Source: an uncultured Pseudomonadales bacterium
Lineage (GTDB): Bacteria; Patescibacteriota; Microgenomatia; UBA1400; PJMF01
Reading direction: 5' to 3'
NCBI GenBank assembly: GCA_964637295.1
Contig: CAZWWE010000002.1
Location: forward strand, 117,952 to 181,951
DNA: 64,000 bases
The translations under genes were made by a program, and so were the position numbers. Numbering within the stretch: the stretch's first letter is position 1; every line of letters begins with the position of its first letter. A model generated the notes under the pieces. The model ran no database searches, had not been told where the DNA came from, and saw nothing but the letters and a program-made list of their open reading frames with translations. Below are positions 28,357 through 37,690 of this stretch, in pieces.

Positions 28357-29325
28357 ATGAAAAAAAACATTTTAACCGGTGATCGTCCGACTGGCCAATT
28401 GCACATTGGTCATTATTGTGGTGCTTTGAAAAATCGCGTGGCTCTACAAGATAAATATAACACCTACATCATGATCGCCGATGTTCAAGCTTTAACAGAT
28501 AACTTCAATAATCCAGAAAAAGTAAGTCGAAACGTTTTTGAAGTAGCTAAAGATAATTTGGCTGTCGGCATTGATCCTGAAAAAAGCACGCTTTTTATTC
28601 AGTCTATGATCCCAGAAATTGCAGAACTAACTGTTTTTTATTCCAATTTAGTTACCATTGATCGTCTCAAAAGAAATCCTACCGTTAAAGAAGAAATTCA
28701 ACAAAAAAAAGAATTGTTCAAAGATGATGTAACCTTTGGTTTTTTGGGCTATCCAATTAGTCAAGCGGCTGATATTACCGCTTTTCAAGCTGATTTGGTT
28801 CCAGTAGGGGCTGATCAATTGCCGATGATTGAACAAACTAGAGAAATTGTCAGAAAGTTTAACCGCATTTATGGCGAAACTTTGAAAGAACCAGAGGCTA
28901 AGCTTGGTGATTTCCCACGAGTTCTAGGTATGGATGGGCGTAAAATGGGCAAAAGTTTAGGTAATGCGATTACTTTCACTGATTCGACTGCAGAGATTGA
29001 ACAAAAAATTAAAGGAGCTTTAACTGACCAAATTGGTGGCCAAAATTTAATTAATCTACTTGGTCAATTTTCAGAAAACGACCAAGAAATAGTTCGATTT
29101 AATCAAGAATTCAAAGCTGGCTCAATTAGATATGCCGAGCTTAAACCATTTTTGGCAGCAGCCATCGCCAAAAAGCTTCAGCCCATTCAAGAAAAAAGAG
29201 CTTATTATGATCAACGACCCAAATTAGTTGAGGAAATATTGATGGCTGGCACCCAAAAAGCGCGCGCGCTTGCCAAAGAAACTCTAGCCAAAGTCAAAGA
29301 GAAAATGTTTATCAATTATTTTTGA
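28357..29325 (+). CDS. trpS: tryptophan--tRNA ligase
   Basis: HIGH motif TGQLHIGHY and KMSKS variant KMGKS. Length 322 aa. Confidence 0.9.
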   Translation: MKKNILTGDRPTGQLHIGHYCGALKNRVALQDKYNTYIMIADVQALTDNFNNPEKVSRNVFEVAKDNLAVGIDPEKSTLFIQSMIPEIAELTVFYSNLVTIDRLKRNPTVKEEIQQKKELFKDDVTFGFLGYPISQAADITAFQADLVPVGADQLPMIEQTREIVRKFNRIYGETLKEPEAKLGDFPRVLGMDGRKMGKSLGNAITFTDSTAEIEQKIKGALTDQIGGQNLINLLGQFSENDQEIVRFNQEFKAGSIRYAELKPFLAAAIAKKLQPIQEKRAYYDQRPKLVEEILMAGTQKARALAKETLAKVKEKMFINYF

Positions 29326-29332
29326 AAAATAA

Positions 29333-29590
29333 TTAAGCTTTAACCACATTAACTACGGTTTTGCCAAATTTTTTGCTGAATTTAACTACGCCATCAATCA
29401 TCGAAAAAACCGTCCAATCGTGACCAAATTTAACACCTTTGCCGGCTTTATACTTGGCTCCTTTTTGACGCACGATAATTTGACCAACTGCAATTTTTTC
29501 ACCAGCAAATTTTTTCACCCCGAAACGTTTACCATGACGAGCGCCTTGTGAATGTTGTGTAACGCTACCTGAACCTTTAACATGTGCCAT
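29333..29590 (-). CDS. rpmA: 50S ribosomal protein L27
   Basis: MAHVKGSGSVTQHSQGARHGKRFGVK... There is no N-terminal propeptide extension. Confidence 0.95.
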   Translation of the reverse strand: MAHVKGSGSVTQHSQGARHGKRFGVKKFAGEKIAVGQIIVRQKGAKYKAGKGVKFGHDWTVFSMIDGVVKFSKKFGKTVVNVVKA

Positions 29591-29612
29591 ATGATTTACC
29601 CTTTTTTAGATA

Positions 29613-30773
29613 TTATTTGAAACGGTTAAAACTAAACAAACAAATTTGTCTAGCCACTCTTGCTCCTTCTCGAGCATAGACGACCGGATCGACCAAAAGA
29701 TTGTATCCTTTTGTCTTTAATTTGTCAATTAAACTTTCGAGAGAATAAGTTTTTCTAGCTGTTTGCACTTGAGGCAAAATAATTGCCACTACTGCGCCGT
29801 CATTTAAAATATTAGTAAAAGATTTGAAAGAACCTAAATACATTTTTTCAAGGCCTTTAAAAACATTAGCTAGTTCCTGATCTCTAGGAGTTTGTTTTCC
29901 CAAAAATGGCTCAGTAACTAATAAGTCGACCTTTTGAGCAAAATTTTCTGGATTGATGTGACTGGCATCCATGTAAAAAATCTTGCTCTCTATATCAATA
30001 TCATATTCTTTTTTAAACCATTCTAAATTATCTCTGCTGCCAAAAACTGCTTTTTGATCTATGTCTGAACCAAGCACATTTAAATGCCTCATGCCTGCTT
30101 CAAGTAAAACCGTACCTGTACCACAAAAAGGATCATAGAGTAAAGGCTGGCCAGTGTTTTTTTGCTGCCACAAGCCAAAAGCAATATTAACCATCATACG
30201 AGCAACTTTAGGCGGCAACATGCCTTTTTTACGATCAGCATAAGGCTTATTGCGATCGCGATTAGTCCAATCGTCAATGTCTTGAACGCCTTTGATTTGG
30301 GCTAATAATAATTTACCTGCTTCTATTAAATTAAAACTTAATAGCTCGGTGGCCTCTGACTGATGCGACAACAAAGCGCTTTCACTTGGATTACTTGAAA
30401 AATAGCGAGCTTTTTTACCGTTTTCTTTGATTAAATCTTTGATCTGAGCATTGCTAATCGATCTTTGTCCTTTGCCCACTTGAGTAAAAGTAAAATATGG
30501 AGTGTTTGTCTGAGCTAACAATATGGCAACTATTTCTTCAATGTATTTTTCATCTTCAATTTGGTTGTCGATTTCTTTGATTATCTCAAAAATTTTAACC
30601 GTACCGCCCAAAACATGAATCATCGAGTCAACGACGGCTGGCTCTGCTGCAAAAAGAAAAAGGTGTTCATCTAGCTGTTGCAAAACGAATTGAGGATAAG
30701 TCAATTCAAACTCTAATTTTGACAAAAGAGTAGTATTGCCAAAAAGAACGAGAAATTTAGACATAGAAACCAA
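29613..30773 (-). CDS. class I SAM-dependent RNA methyltransferase, Trm11/RlmL (THUMP-associated)-like
   Basis: Motif I DPFCGTGTVLLEAGM, preceded by LPPKVARMMVNIA, as in N2-guanine/N6-adenine RNA methyltransferases. Located between rplU and rpmA. Confidence 0.55.
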   Translation of the reverse strand: MVSMSKFLVLFGNTTLLSKLEFELTYPQFVLQQLDEHLFLFAAEPAVVDSMIHVLGGTVKIFEIIKEIDNQIEDEKYIEEIVAILLAQTNTPYFTFTQVGKGQRSISNAQIKDLIKENGKKARYFSSNPSESALLSHQSEATELLSFNLIEAGKLLLAQIKGVQDIDDWTNRDRNKPYADRKKGMLPPKVARMMVNIAFGLWQQKNTGQPLLYDPFCGTGTVLLEAGMRHLNVLGSDIDQKAVFGSRDNLEWFKKEYDIDIESKIFYMDASHINPENFAQKVDLLVTEPFLGKQTPRDQELANVFKGLEKMYLGSFKSFTNILNDGAVVAIILPQVQTARKTYSLESLIDKLKTKGYNLLVDPVVYAREGARVARQICLFSFNRFK

Positions 30774-30782
30774 TTCTGCTGA

Positions 30783-31097
30783 TTAAGCAATTTTTAGCAC
30801 TTTAACTGTGCTTTGATATTGGCGATGACCCTGGACTTTTCTGTATCTAGATTTAGATTTATATTTAGCCACACGAATCTTTTCGCCCTTTTGATTGGAA
30901 ACTAATTCGCAAGAAACTTTGGCACCATCGACTAAAGGCTGTCCAATCTTACGATCTGCTCCGCTGGCCACCAATAAAACATCGCTTACTTCAAATTTGC
31001 TACCAGCTTCTTTATCTAATTGATCAACCAAAAACTCATCGCCCTCTTGAACCATGAATTGTTTTCCTTGTAATTGAATGATTGCGTACTTTGACAT
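30783..31097 (-). CDS. rplU: 50S ribosomal protein L21
   Basis: MSKYAIIQLQGKQFMVQEGDEF.. Length 104 aa. Confidence 0.9.
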   Translation of the reverse strand: MSKYAIIQLQGKQFMVQEGDEFLVDQLDKEAGSKFEVSDVLLVASGADRKIGQPLVDGAKVSCELVSNQKGEKIRVAKYKSKSRYRKVQGHRQYQSTVKVLKIA

Positions 31098-31121
31098 AAC
31101 GAGCTTGAATTATATCAGATG

Positions 31122-32216
31122 CTAATAAAAAATGAAGCTTGGCTTTTTCTTAAAATCGCTGGCGATTGATTGAGCAACTCCAAGAGCCAAAAATAAGGAG
31201 ATGACGCTACTGCCACCATAAGACAAAAAGGGTAAGGTAATACCCGTAATTGGTAAAAGAGCCAAATTCATGCCGATATTGATCAAGATTTGCACCAAAA
31301 ACATAGTGAACAAAACTAAAAGATAAAGTTTTTGAGCAAAATCATCTACCCTGTAAGCTAAAAATAAAAGAAAGAACAGTAACAAAAAATACATCGATAA
31401 TAAAAAGATGGCCCCTACAAAGCCCCATTCTTCCGCATAAGAAGCAAAAATAAAGTCTGTTTGTCTTTCTGGTAAAAAACGCAAATGGGACTGAACGCCT
31501 TGACCAATACCACGCCCCCAGAACTGTCCGCTACCTACTGCAATTAAGGCCTGTTTGGCATTGTAGGTGCTACTACTTTCTTTGCTCGTCATTTGCAAGT
31601 CGGTGGAAGTCTGATGCAAATGCAAAAATCCCAACAGCCTGTTTCTTTGATAATCCTTAAAAACTAAAAACCACAGTGCCATGATTACCAGCAATCCAAT
31701 TGAAAATAAAGTTAAAATTTGAGCAAAACTAAGATGATTAAAAAATAAAAAAATAGACAAAGCAGCCCCAAAAACTAAAACTGTACCGAAATCTGGCTCT
31801 AATAAAATCAAAATGGCTGGCAAGGAAATGATGATCAAGGTTTGCAATAGCAACAACCAAGTAAATTTTTGTTCTTTTTTGAAAAAACTAACTAGATATA
31901 GGGCAGTAATTGGCACAGCCAACTGAGAGGGTTGAAATTTAAAACCAAAAGGCAATACTATCCAAGCCGAGATACCTCTGGTAATTGAGCCATAAATTAA
32001 TAAGAACAATAAAGATAAATTAAGCAACAAATAAAGCCATTTAGAAATTCTCACATGAAAAGTAAAAGATAGTTTGCGAGTAACAAAAAAAACTACAAAA
32101 GCTAAAGCAAAGGCAAATGCCTGTTTATAAAGTAAATTGGGTACAATACTGCGCAGCGTGGTCAAAGACAACACTGTAAAAAGAAACAATATCCCAAACA
32201 AAAAATATTTACGCAT
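31122..32216 (-). CDS. SEDS-family peptidoglycan glycosyltransferase (RodA/FtsW-like), second copy
   Basis: About 10 TM helices. Conserved SEDS C-terminal region FIFASYAEEWGFVGAIFLL....PFLSYGGSS. Confidence 0.8.
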   Translation of the reverse strand: MRKYFLFGILFLFTVLSLTTLRSIVPNLLYKQAFAFALAFVVFFVTRKLSFTFHVRISKWLYLLLNLSLLFLLIYGSITRGISAWIVLPFGFKFQPSQLAVPITALYLVSFFKKEQKFTWLLLLQTLIIISLPAILILLEPDFGTVLVFGAALSIFLFFNHLSFAQILTLFSIGLLVIMALWFLVFKDYQRNRLLGFLHLHQTSTDLQMTSKESSSTYNAKQALIAVGSGQFWGRGIGQGVQSHLRFLPERQTDFIFASYAEEWGFVGAIFLLSMYFLLLFFLLFLAYRVDDFAQKLYLLVLFTMFLVQILINIGMNLALLPITGITLPFLSYGGSSVISLFLALGVAQSIASDFKKKPSFIFY

Positions 32217-32229
32217 TTATTTTTTTACT

Positions 32230-35085
32230 TTAATCAAGTAATAATTTGATTCCATCACCTGGTCTAATTTTAGTGTTGGTTTTTGCTTCAATTTCTTGCT
32301 TAAAAGCTGCTGGCCAACTCATTAGTTGTAGATCAACCACTTGATTAAGGTCCAGCTTAGCTTCTTTACGCAAATCCTGAATCTGACGAATTAATTCTCT
32401 GGCTTCACCTTCTGCTTTAAGTTCGGCAGTTAAGTTAAAATCATAATCAACCATTAAATCACCAGTTTCCTGAAGCCACTCAACTTTTTTCACATTGATT
32501 TCGGCTTTGAGTAATTCTTCAAGTTCTTTTCGATAAATCATTTTACCAAAACCACTCACTCTCAAGCTCGCCAAAGGCTGACGAGCTTTCACCTGTTTAA
32601 GTTTACGCAGACTATGAGCTGATTCAACAACTTTACGCAAAGTTACCATCGAACTTTCTAGTTCTTGATCTACTAATTGCTCTCTATATCGAGGAAATTC
32701 GGCCAAGTGAATCGAACTTTGTTCATCAATCAAGCTGTGATGAATGAGTTCAGTAAAAAATGGCACAATTGGCGCAAAAGCTTTGGCTAATTCATATAAA
32801 ACTGTTGCAAAAACTTGACTAGCTTCTTGATTATCTTTGGCTTTAATTCTTTCTCTGGAAGAACGCAGATACCAAGTCGATAATTCATCGATGAATGGTG
32901 CTAAAAGTCGACTAGCTTTCATGACATCGAATTTGTCTAATTGTTGCGTAAGTTCCTTAATCACGCTTTGCAAACGACTTATAATCCAACGGTCTAACAA
33001 ATTACTTGGCTTTTGACCAACTGCTAAATCAAAAAAACCAGCTTCTTGATTGGCAAAAGTTTTATAAAAAGCCAAAACATTCCACCAAATCACGAATACT
33101 CGACGACGTAAATTAGCGACATCTTTTTCTGCAAAATTAAGTGTTTCAGCCTTAACAGCTGGAGAAGACATTAAATAAAGACGCAGCGCATCAGCTCCAT
33201 ATTTCTCTAAAACTTCTCCTGGTTCTGGATAGTTTTTGAGACGCTTGCTCATTTTTTTACCATCTTCAGCCATGATTAAACCTGTACACATGACGTTTTT
33301 GAAAGCACCGCTCTTTTTCTCGCTGCCTAAAGTTAAAGCTGTCGCTAAAACGTGCAAAGTGTAAAACCAACCACGAGTCTGATCCTGGCCTTCAGAAATA
33401 AAATCAGCTGGGAAAGAACGCTTAAAAGCCTCTTGGTTGTCAAAAGGAAAATGTAATTCACCATAAGGCATGGAACCTGACTCAAACCAACAATCTAACA
33501 CTTCTGGAACGTGATGATAAGTCTTGCCATCTTTTTTGAATTCAATTTTATCAACAATGTGCTTATGCAAATCGCTAACTTTTTGTCCAGATAATTCTTC
33601 TAGCTCTGTAGCAGAGCCCACGCAAATAAAGTCGCCAGCTTCACTTTCCCAAACTGGCAAGGGAGTGCCCCAATAACGATTGCGGGAAATCGCCCAATCT
33701 CGAGCACCCTCCAACCATTTACCAAAACGACCATGCTTAATGTGATCTGGTTCCCAATTAATTTTTTCGTTATTGACTAAAAGTTGGTCTTTGAAAGCAC
33801 TGACCTTAACATACCAGCTGTCAGTCGCATAATTAAGCAGAGGAGTGTCACAGCGCCAACAATGTGGATAACTATGTGCGATTTTTTTCTTGGCAAAAAG
33901 GCTACCATGGGCCGCTAAATATTTAATGATTTCAATATCAGTCCCTTGAGGATTATCTTTTGGCTTGACTTCCATGCCTGCAAAATCGCTCACCTCACTT
34001 TTGAAACGACCGTCCATACCTACATGTTGTAAAAGCTCAATATTTTCGGCTTGACCCACATTGTAGTCATCTTCACCAAAAGCCGGAGCGATGTGCACAA
34101 TGCCCGTTCCTTCTTCCAGAGTCACAAAATCACCAGTCACAATACGAAAAGATTTAGCCCAATTAGCAAAATAATGAAAAATAGGCTCATAAGTCAAACC
34201 AATTAGTTTGTTTCCCTTAAAACTTGGGCCCATTACTTCAAATTTTTTATCTGCCATGACTTCTGTGAGACGTTCTTTGGCTATTACAAATAAACCATCT
34301 TCTTCTTCAACTTTAACTAAAACATAATCCAGATCAGCGCCAACAGCTAATAAAACATTTCCTGGTAATGTCCAGGGTGTAGTTGTCCAAGCAAGGGCAT
34401 AAATTTTTTCCTCAGTTTCTAGATTAAAAGCTTGAGCAGCGCCATGCAGTTCAAATTTAGCAAAAACAGAAAGATCTTTAACATCTTTATAACCCTGAGT
34501 AACTTCAAAATTTGATAGAGGAGTACCACAACGAGGACAGATGTGCATCGATTTGTGACTTTTATAGATTAGCCCTTTGTCCCAAAGTTGACGGAAAACC
34601 CACCAAACTGTCTCCATGAAATTTTTATCCATGGTTTTGTAAGCACGATCCATGTCGATCCAGCGTCCAATGCGACGAATAGTTTTTTTCCATTCCTCTG
34701 CATAAGTCAAAACTGTTTGACGACAAGCCTCATTGAATTTATCTACCCCATAGCTCTCGATGTCTTTTTTGCTATCTAAATTTAGTTCTTTTTCAATAAT
34801 GTTTTCGACAGGCAAACCATGACAATCCCAGCCCCAAACACGACGCACTCTTTTACCCTTCATGGTCTGATAGCGAGGAATGAGATCTTTGATAATTGAT
34901 TGCATTAAATGACCATAGTGAGGCAAACCAGTAGCAAAGGGGGGGCCATCATAAAAAGAAAAAGAATTATCTATGCTTCTTTGTTCAATTGATTTAGCAA
35001 AAGTTTGATCGCTGTCCCAAAAATTGAGAATTTCTTGCTCAAGCTCTGGAAAATTTGGCACTTGTCTAAAATCTGTAATTTTCAT
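32230..35085 (-). CDS. ileS: isoleucine--tRNA ligase
   Basis: HIGH variant PYGHLMQS, KMSKS motif KMSKRLKN, and a large CP1 editing insertion. Length 951 aa. Confidence 0.9.
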   Translation of the reverse strand: MKITDFRQVPNFPELEQEILNFWDSDQTFAKSIEQRSIDNSFSFYDGPPFATGLPHYGHLMQSIIKDLIPRYQTMKGKRVRRVWGWDCHGLPVENIIEKELNLDSKKDIESYGVDKFNEACRQTVLTYAEEWKKTIRRIGRWIDMDRAYKTMDKNFMETVWWVFRQLWDKGLIYKSHKSMHICPRCGTPLSNFEVTQGYKDVKDLSVFAKFELHGAAQAFNLETEEKIYALAWTTTPWTLPGNVLLAVGADLDYVLVKVEEEDGLFVIAKERLTEVMADKKFEVMGPSFKGNKLIGLTYEPIFHYFANWAKSFRIVTGDFVTLEEGTGIVHIAPAFGEDDYNVGQAENIELLQHVGMDGRFKSEVSDFAGMEVKPKDNPQGTDIEIIKYLAAHGSLFAKKKIAHSYPHCWRCDTPLLNYATDSWYVKVSAFKDQLLVNNEKINWEPDHIKHGRFGKWLEGARDWAISRNRYWGTPLPVWESEAGDFICVGSATELEELSGQKVSDLHKHIVDKIEFKKDGKTYHHVPEVLDCWFESGSMPYGELHFPFDNQEAFKRSFPADFISEGQDQTRGWFYTLHVLATALTLGSEKKSGAFKNVMCTGLIMAEDGKKMSKRLKNYPEPGEVLEKYGADALRLYLMSSPAVKAETLNFAEKDVANLRRRVFVIWWNVLAFYKTFANQEAGFFDLAVGQKPSNLLDRWIISRLQSVIKELTQQLDKFDVMKASRLLAPFIDELSTWYLRSSRERIKAKDNQEASQVFATVLYELAKAFAPIVPFFTELIHHSLIDEQSSIHLAEFPRYREQLVDQELESSMVTLRKVVESAHSLRKLKQVKARQPLASLRVSGFGKMIYRKELEELLKAEINVKKVEWLQETGDLMVDYDFNLTAELKAEGEARELIRQIQDLRKEAKLDLNQVVDLQLMSWPAAFKQEIEAKTNTKIRPGDGIKLLLD

Positions 35086-35369
35086 TTACTCCTTTTTATA
35101 TAATGTTACAAAATCAAAAAAGCCTGCCTAAAAACGAAAAGATCGTTTCTAAGCAGGCTTATCTTATTAAAGATAAAGGTACCAGCCGCTTTTTAGATTT
35201 GCCAACTTGCAAATCTTTACTTAATTGCGAGTGATTACGGACTCTGCCGGCCTGGTCTATTTTTTGATCGTTTGCTTAAAATTTGAGCAAAGAAAAAATT
35301 TCTTCAGGCACCTTGCCATTGATAGTGGCTAGAGCGGTTTTAATTTTAATTAACAAAGAAATTATAGCA
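35086..35369 (-). promoter_or_regulatory. candidate T-box riboswitch leader of ileS (promoter + T-box-like motif + terminator)
   Basis: An extended -10 TGCTATAAT (35361-35369, minus) opens a ~265-nt leader. A T-box-like motif AAGCGGCUGGUACC lies at 35178-35190 (minus), consistent with the consensus AGGGUGGNACC. Its UGGU could pair with the ACCA end of tRNA-Ile. The flanking AAGCGG / CUGCUU can form an antiterminator helix whose 3' strand overlaps the terminator's 5' arm. An AUC triplet (Ile codon) sits in a GUAAUCACUC context that could be a specifier. Confidence 0.45.
35113..35160 (-). terminator. Rho-independent terminator hairpin immediately upstream of the ileS RBS
   Basis: Minus-strand sequence AAGCCTGCTTAGAAACG-atcttt-CGTTTTTAGGCAGGCTT forms a ~17-bp stem (with G-U wobbles) followed by TTTTTTG. 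It ends ~28 nt before the ileS start codon. Confidence 0.6.
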
Positions 35370-35383
35370 CGAAAAGCACCATC

Positions 35384-35635
35384 TTAAATCAAATTCAAAA
35401 TCAACTGAACAATTTTGTCTTTATCTTTAGGATTACTACTTGCAACCAAGATCGCAAGAGCGGTGAGAGTAGAAGAGGTTAGTATAGCGAAAGCTTCAAA
35501 AGCCTGATTTTTGGTCATTAATTGAAATTTGAAAGCTGAAAGGCTTTCAATTATCTTTTCGGTGGTTAATTCAACTTTTTTCTTGGTTAACTTCCCAGTC
35601 ACTAAAGCATTTTTATCGTAAGCCTCAAGAGACAA
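35384..35635 (-). CDS. hypothetical small protein (possibly the C-terminal remnant of the adjacent RhuM-like gene)
   Basis: 83-aa ORF with no recognisable motif. It starts 53 nt downstream of the RhuM-like ORF, in a different frame. Confidence 0.3.
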   Translation of the reverse strand: MSLEAYDKNALVTGKLTKKKVELTTEKIIESLSAFKFQLMTKNQAFEAFAILTSSTLTALAILVASSNPKDKDKIVQLILNLI

Positions 35636-35688
35636 CCAGGTCTCAGCAAAAGAAGAGATGAGAGAAATAAAATCTTGTGGATCAATAT

Positions 35689-36174
35689 TTACATTTGCAG
35701 GTAGAAGTTTTTTATATTCGCTATCGTTGCTGAAAATTTATCGTAATTTTTCGCAACCTTTTTCTTATCAATGACAAAGCCGGAAAAAATGTATTGACGC
35801 AAAGTTTTGGTTGCCCATTGGCGAAATTGAGTGGCTTTTTTAGAATTGACACGATAGCCAGTAGACAAAATAACATCCAGATTATAATGTTTTACATTAC
35901 GTGCAATTTCTCTCGAGCCTTCTTTTTGAACTATCCGGAATTTCCGGATAGTTGATTTCTCCAGCAGCTCCTGAGTTTTAAAAATATTTTGAATATGTTC
36001 ATTAATGGTTTTTACACTAACATCAAAAGCCAGGGCAATTTGCGTCTGAGTAGCCCATATCGTTTCATGTAAAATATCACCTTTCAACTCAATCGCACCA
36101 GATCTAGCTTGATAAATAATGGATTTAGAGTTTTGGGCTTTATTCGGCATGGAGATGGTCTTAGAATAAGACAA
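35689..36174 (-). CDS. RhuM-family (virulence-protein RhuM-like) protein, N-terminal part; likely truncated
   Basis: The segment NVKHYNLDVILSTGYRVNSKKATQFRQWATKTLRQYI matches the conserved core of the Pfam Virulence_RhuM family. At 161 aa it is about half the usual length. Confidence 0.55.
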   Translation of the reverse strand: MSYSKTISMPNKAQNSKSIIYQARSGAIELKGDILHETIWATQTQIALAFDVSVKTINEHIQNIFKTQELLEKSTIRKFRIVQKEGSREIARNVKHYNLDVILSTGYRVNSKKATQFRQWATKTLRQYIFSGFVIDKKKVAKNYDKFSATIANIKNFYLQM

Positions 36175-36296
36175 AAATAGGCAAAAGTACAGCAGGAATT
36201 AAATAGTTTAAGCGTCAATCTCTAAATCTTTTTAAAATAGAATGTTTAAATTTCATTATGAAGATTAGAAATAAACTAACTTAAATAATAAATGAC

Positions 36297-37598
36297 CTAT
36301 CTATCTCGCAAAAAAGCTGGTACATCAAACTCAGCAAATTCATCATCGGTGGCCACATCTTCTTTTTTGTCACTTTGATCGTCGCGTTTTTGCTCATCTT
36401 TTTTCTTTAAATTAAAAAGGGCAGAACGCACAAAAGGGTTGTGGTTTTCTTCTTTAGTCTCTTCTTTTTTAATTTTCGCAGGAACAACTTGAGGTTGAGT
36501 AAAAGCACTAGGCGTGTGATCAATTTTCTTCTCTTCTGGTTCATCTTCAGTTTTTTTATAAATTGCTGTAGGTCCACTCATTTTGCGGCGAGATTCACGA
36601 CTGTAAGCACCAAACATGGCTCTCGGTCCGGAACCAGAATAGCTATCACCAAATCCAGTGGCAATCACACTAATTTTGATCTTAGAACCCATATTTTCAT
36701 CGATTGTCGCGCCAAAAATAATATTGGCATCAGGATCAGCGCTATCAGCAATCACTGCTGAAGCATCAGAAATTTCACTCATAGCCATATCTGGACCACC
36801 AGTGATGTTGTAAAGAATGCCTTTGGCTCCATCGATTGAGATCTCTAAGAGTGGAGAAGAAACAGCCATGCGAGCCGCAACTACGGCACGATCTTCGCCA
36901 GATGCTTCACCAATACCCATTAAGGCAGAGCCGGAATCGATCATAATGGTTTTCACATCAGCAAAATCAACATTAATCATGCCTGGCACAGTAATTAAAT
37001 CTGAAATGCCTTTCACACCCTGACCAAGTACATTATCAGCTAAACGAAAAGCATCGATAAAAGTCATTTTTTTATCAATCACTTCTAATAAGCGCTGGTT
37101 GGGAATTACAATTAAGGTGTCAACAGTGTCGGTCAAAGCTTCAACCCCCTCATCAGCTGTTTGCATACGACGAATGCCTTCAAAAGCAAAAGGCTTGGTG
37201 ACTACGGCGACAGTTAAAGCTCCGGCTTCTTTAGCAATTTCAGCAATAATTGGCGCGGCACCAGTCCCGGTCCCACCACCCATACCAGCAGTGATAAAAA
37301 CCATATCAGTGTCAAATAATAAATCTTTAAGCTTTTCACGGCTTTCTTCAGCAGCGGTACGACCCACTTCTGGATCAGCTCCTGCACCTAAACCTCTGGT
37401 AAAATTACTGCCAATTTGTAACTTTGTTTCTGCCTTAGAAGTCAAAAGTGCCTGGGCATCAGTGTTGACCGTAATAAATTCCACTCCATTAATTTGTTTA
37501 GATAAAATCATGGAATTGACGGCATTGCAGCCACCACCACCAACACCAATTACTTTAATTTTGGCAAAAGTAGTATTTGAAGGTTTAACGAGTCCCAT
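36297..37598 (-). CDS. ftsZ: cell division GTPase FtsZ
   Basis: Tubulin signature [10 protein letters not shown]; [13 protein letters not shown]; C-terminal conserved peptide [14 protein letters not shown]. Confidence 0.95.
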   Translation of the reverse strand: MGLVKPSNTTFAKIKVIGVGGGGCNAVNSMILSKQINGVEFITVNTDAQALLTSKAETKLQIGSNFTRGLGAGADPEVGRTAAEESREKLKDLLFDTDMVFITAGMGGGTGTGAAPIIAEIAKEAGALTVAVVTKPFAFEGIRRMQTADEGVEALTDTVDTLIVIPNQRLLEVIDKKMTFIDAFRLADNVLGQGVKGISDLITVPGMINVDFADVKTIMIDSGSALMGIGEASGEDRAVVAARMAVSSPLLEISIDGAKGILYNITGGPDMAMSEISDASAVIADSADPDANIIFGATIDENMGSKIKISVIATGFGDSYSGSGPRAMFGAYSRESRRKMSGPTAIYKKTEDEPEEKKIDHTPSAFTQPQVVPAKIKKEETKEENHNPFVRSALFNLKKKDEQKRDDQSDKKEDVATDDEFAEFDVPAFLRDR

Positions 37599-37690
37599 AG
37601 TTTTAAGCTTTTCTTAAGATATCAAACTACAACATAAATTAGCTGATTTTGTCTCAAAAGTAAACTGGCAATAAATTACAAACATTTTCT

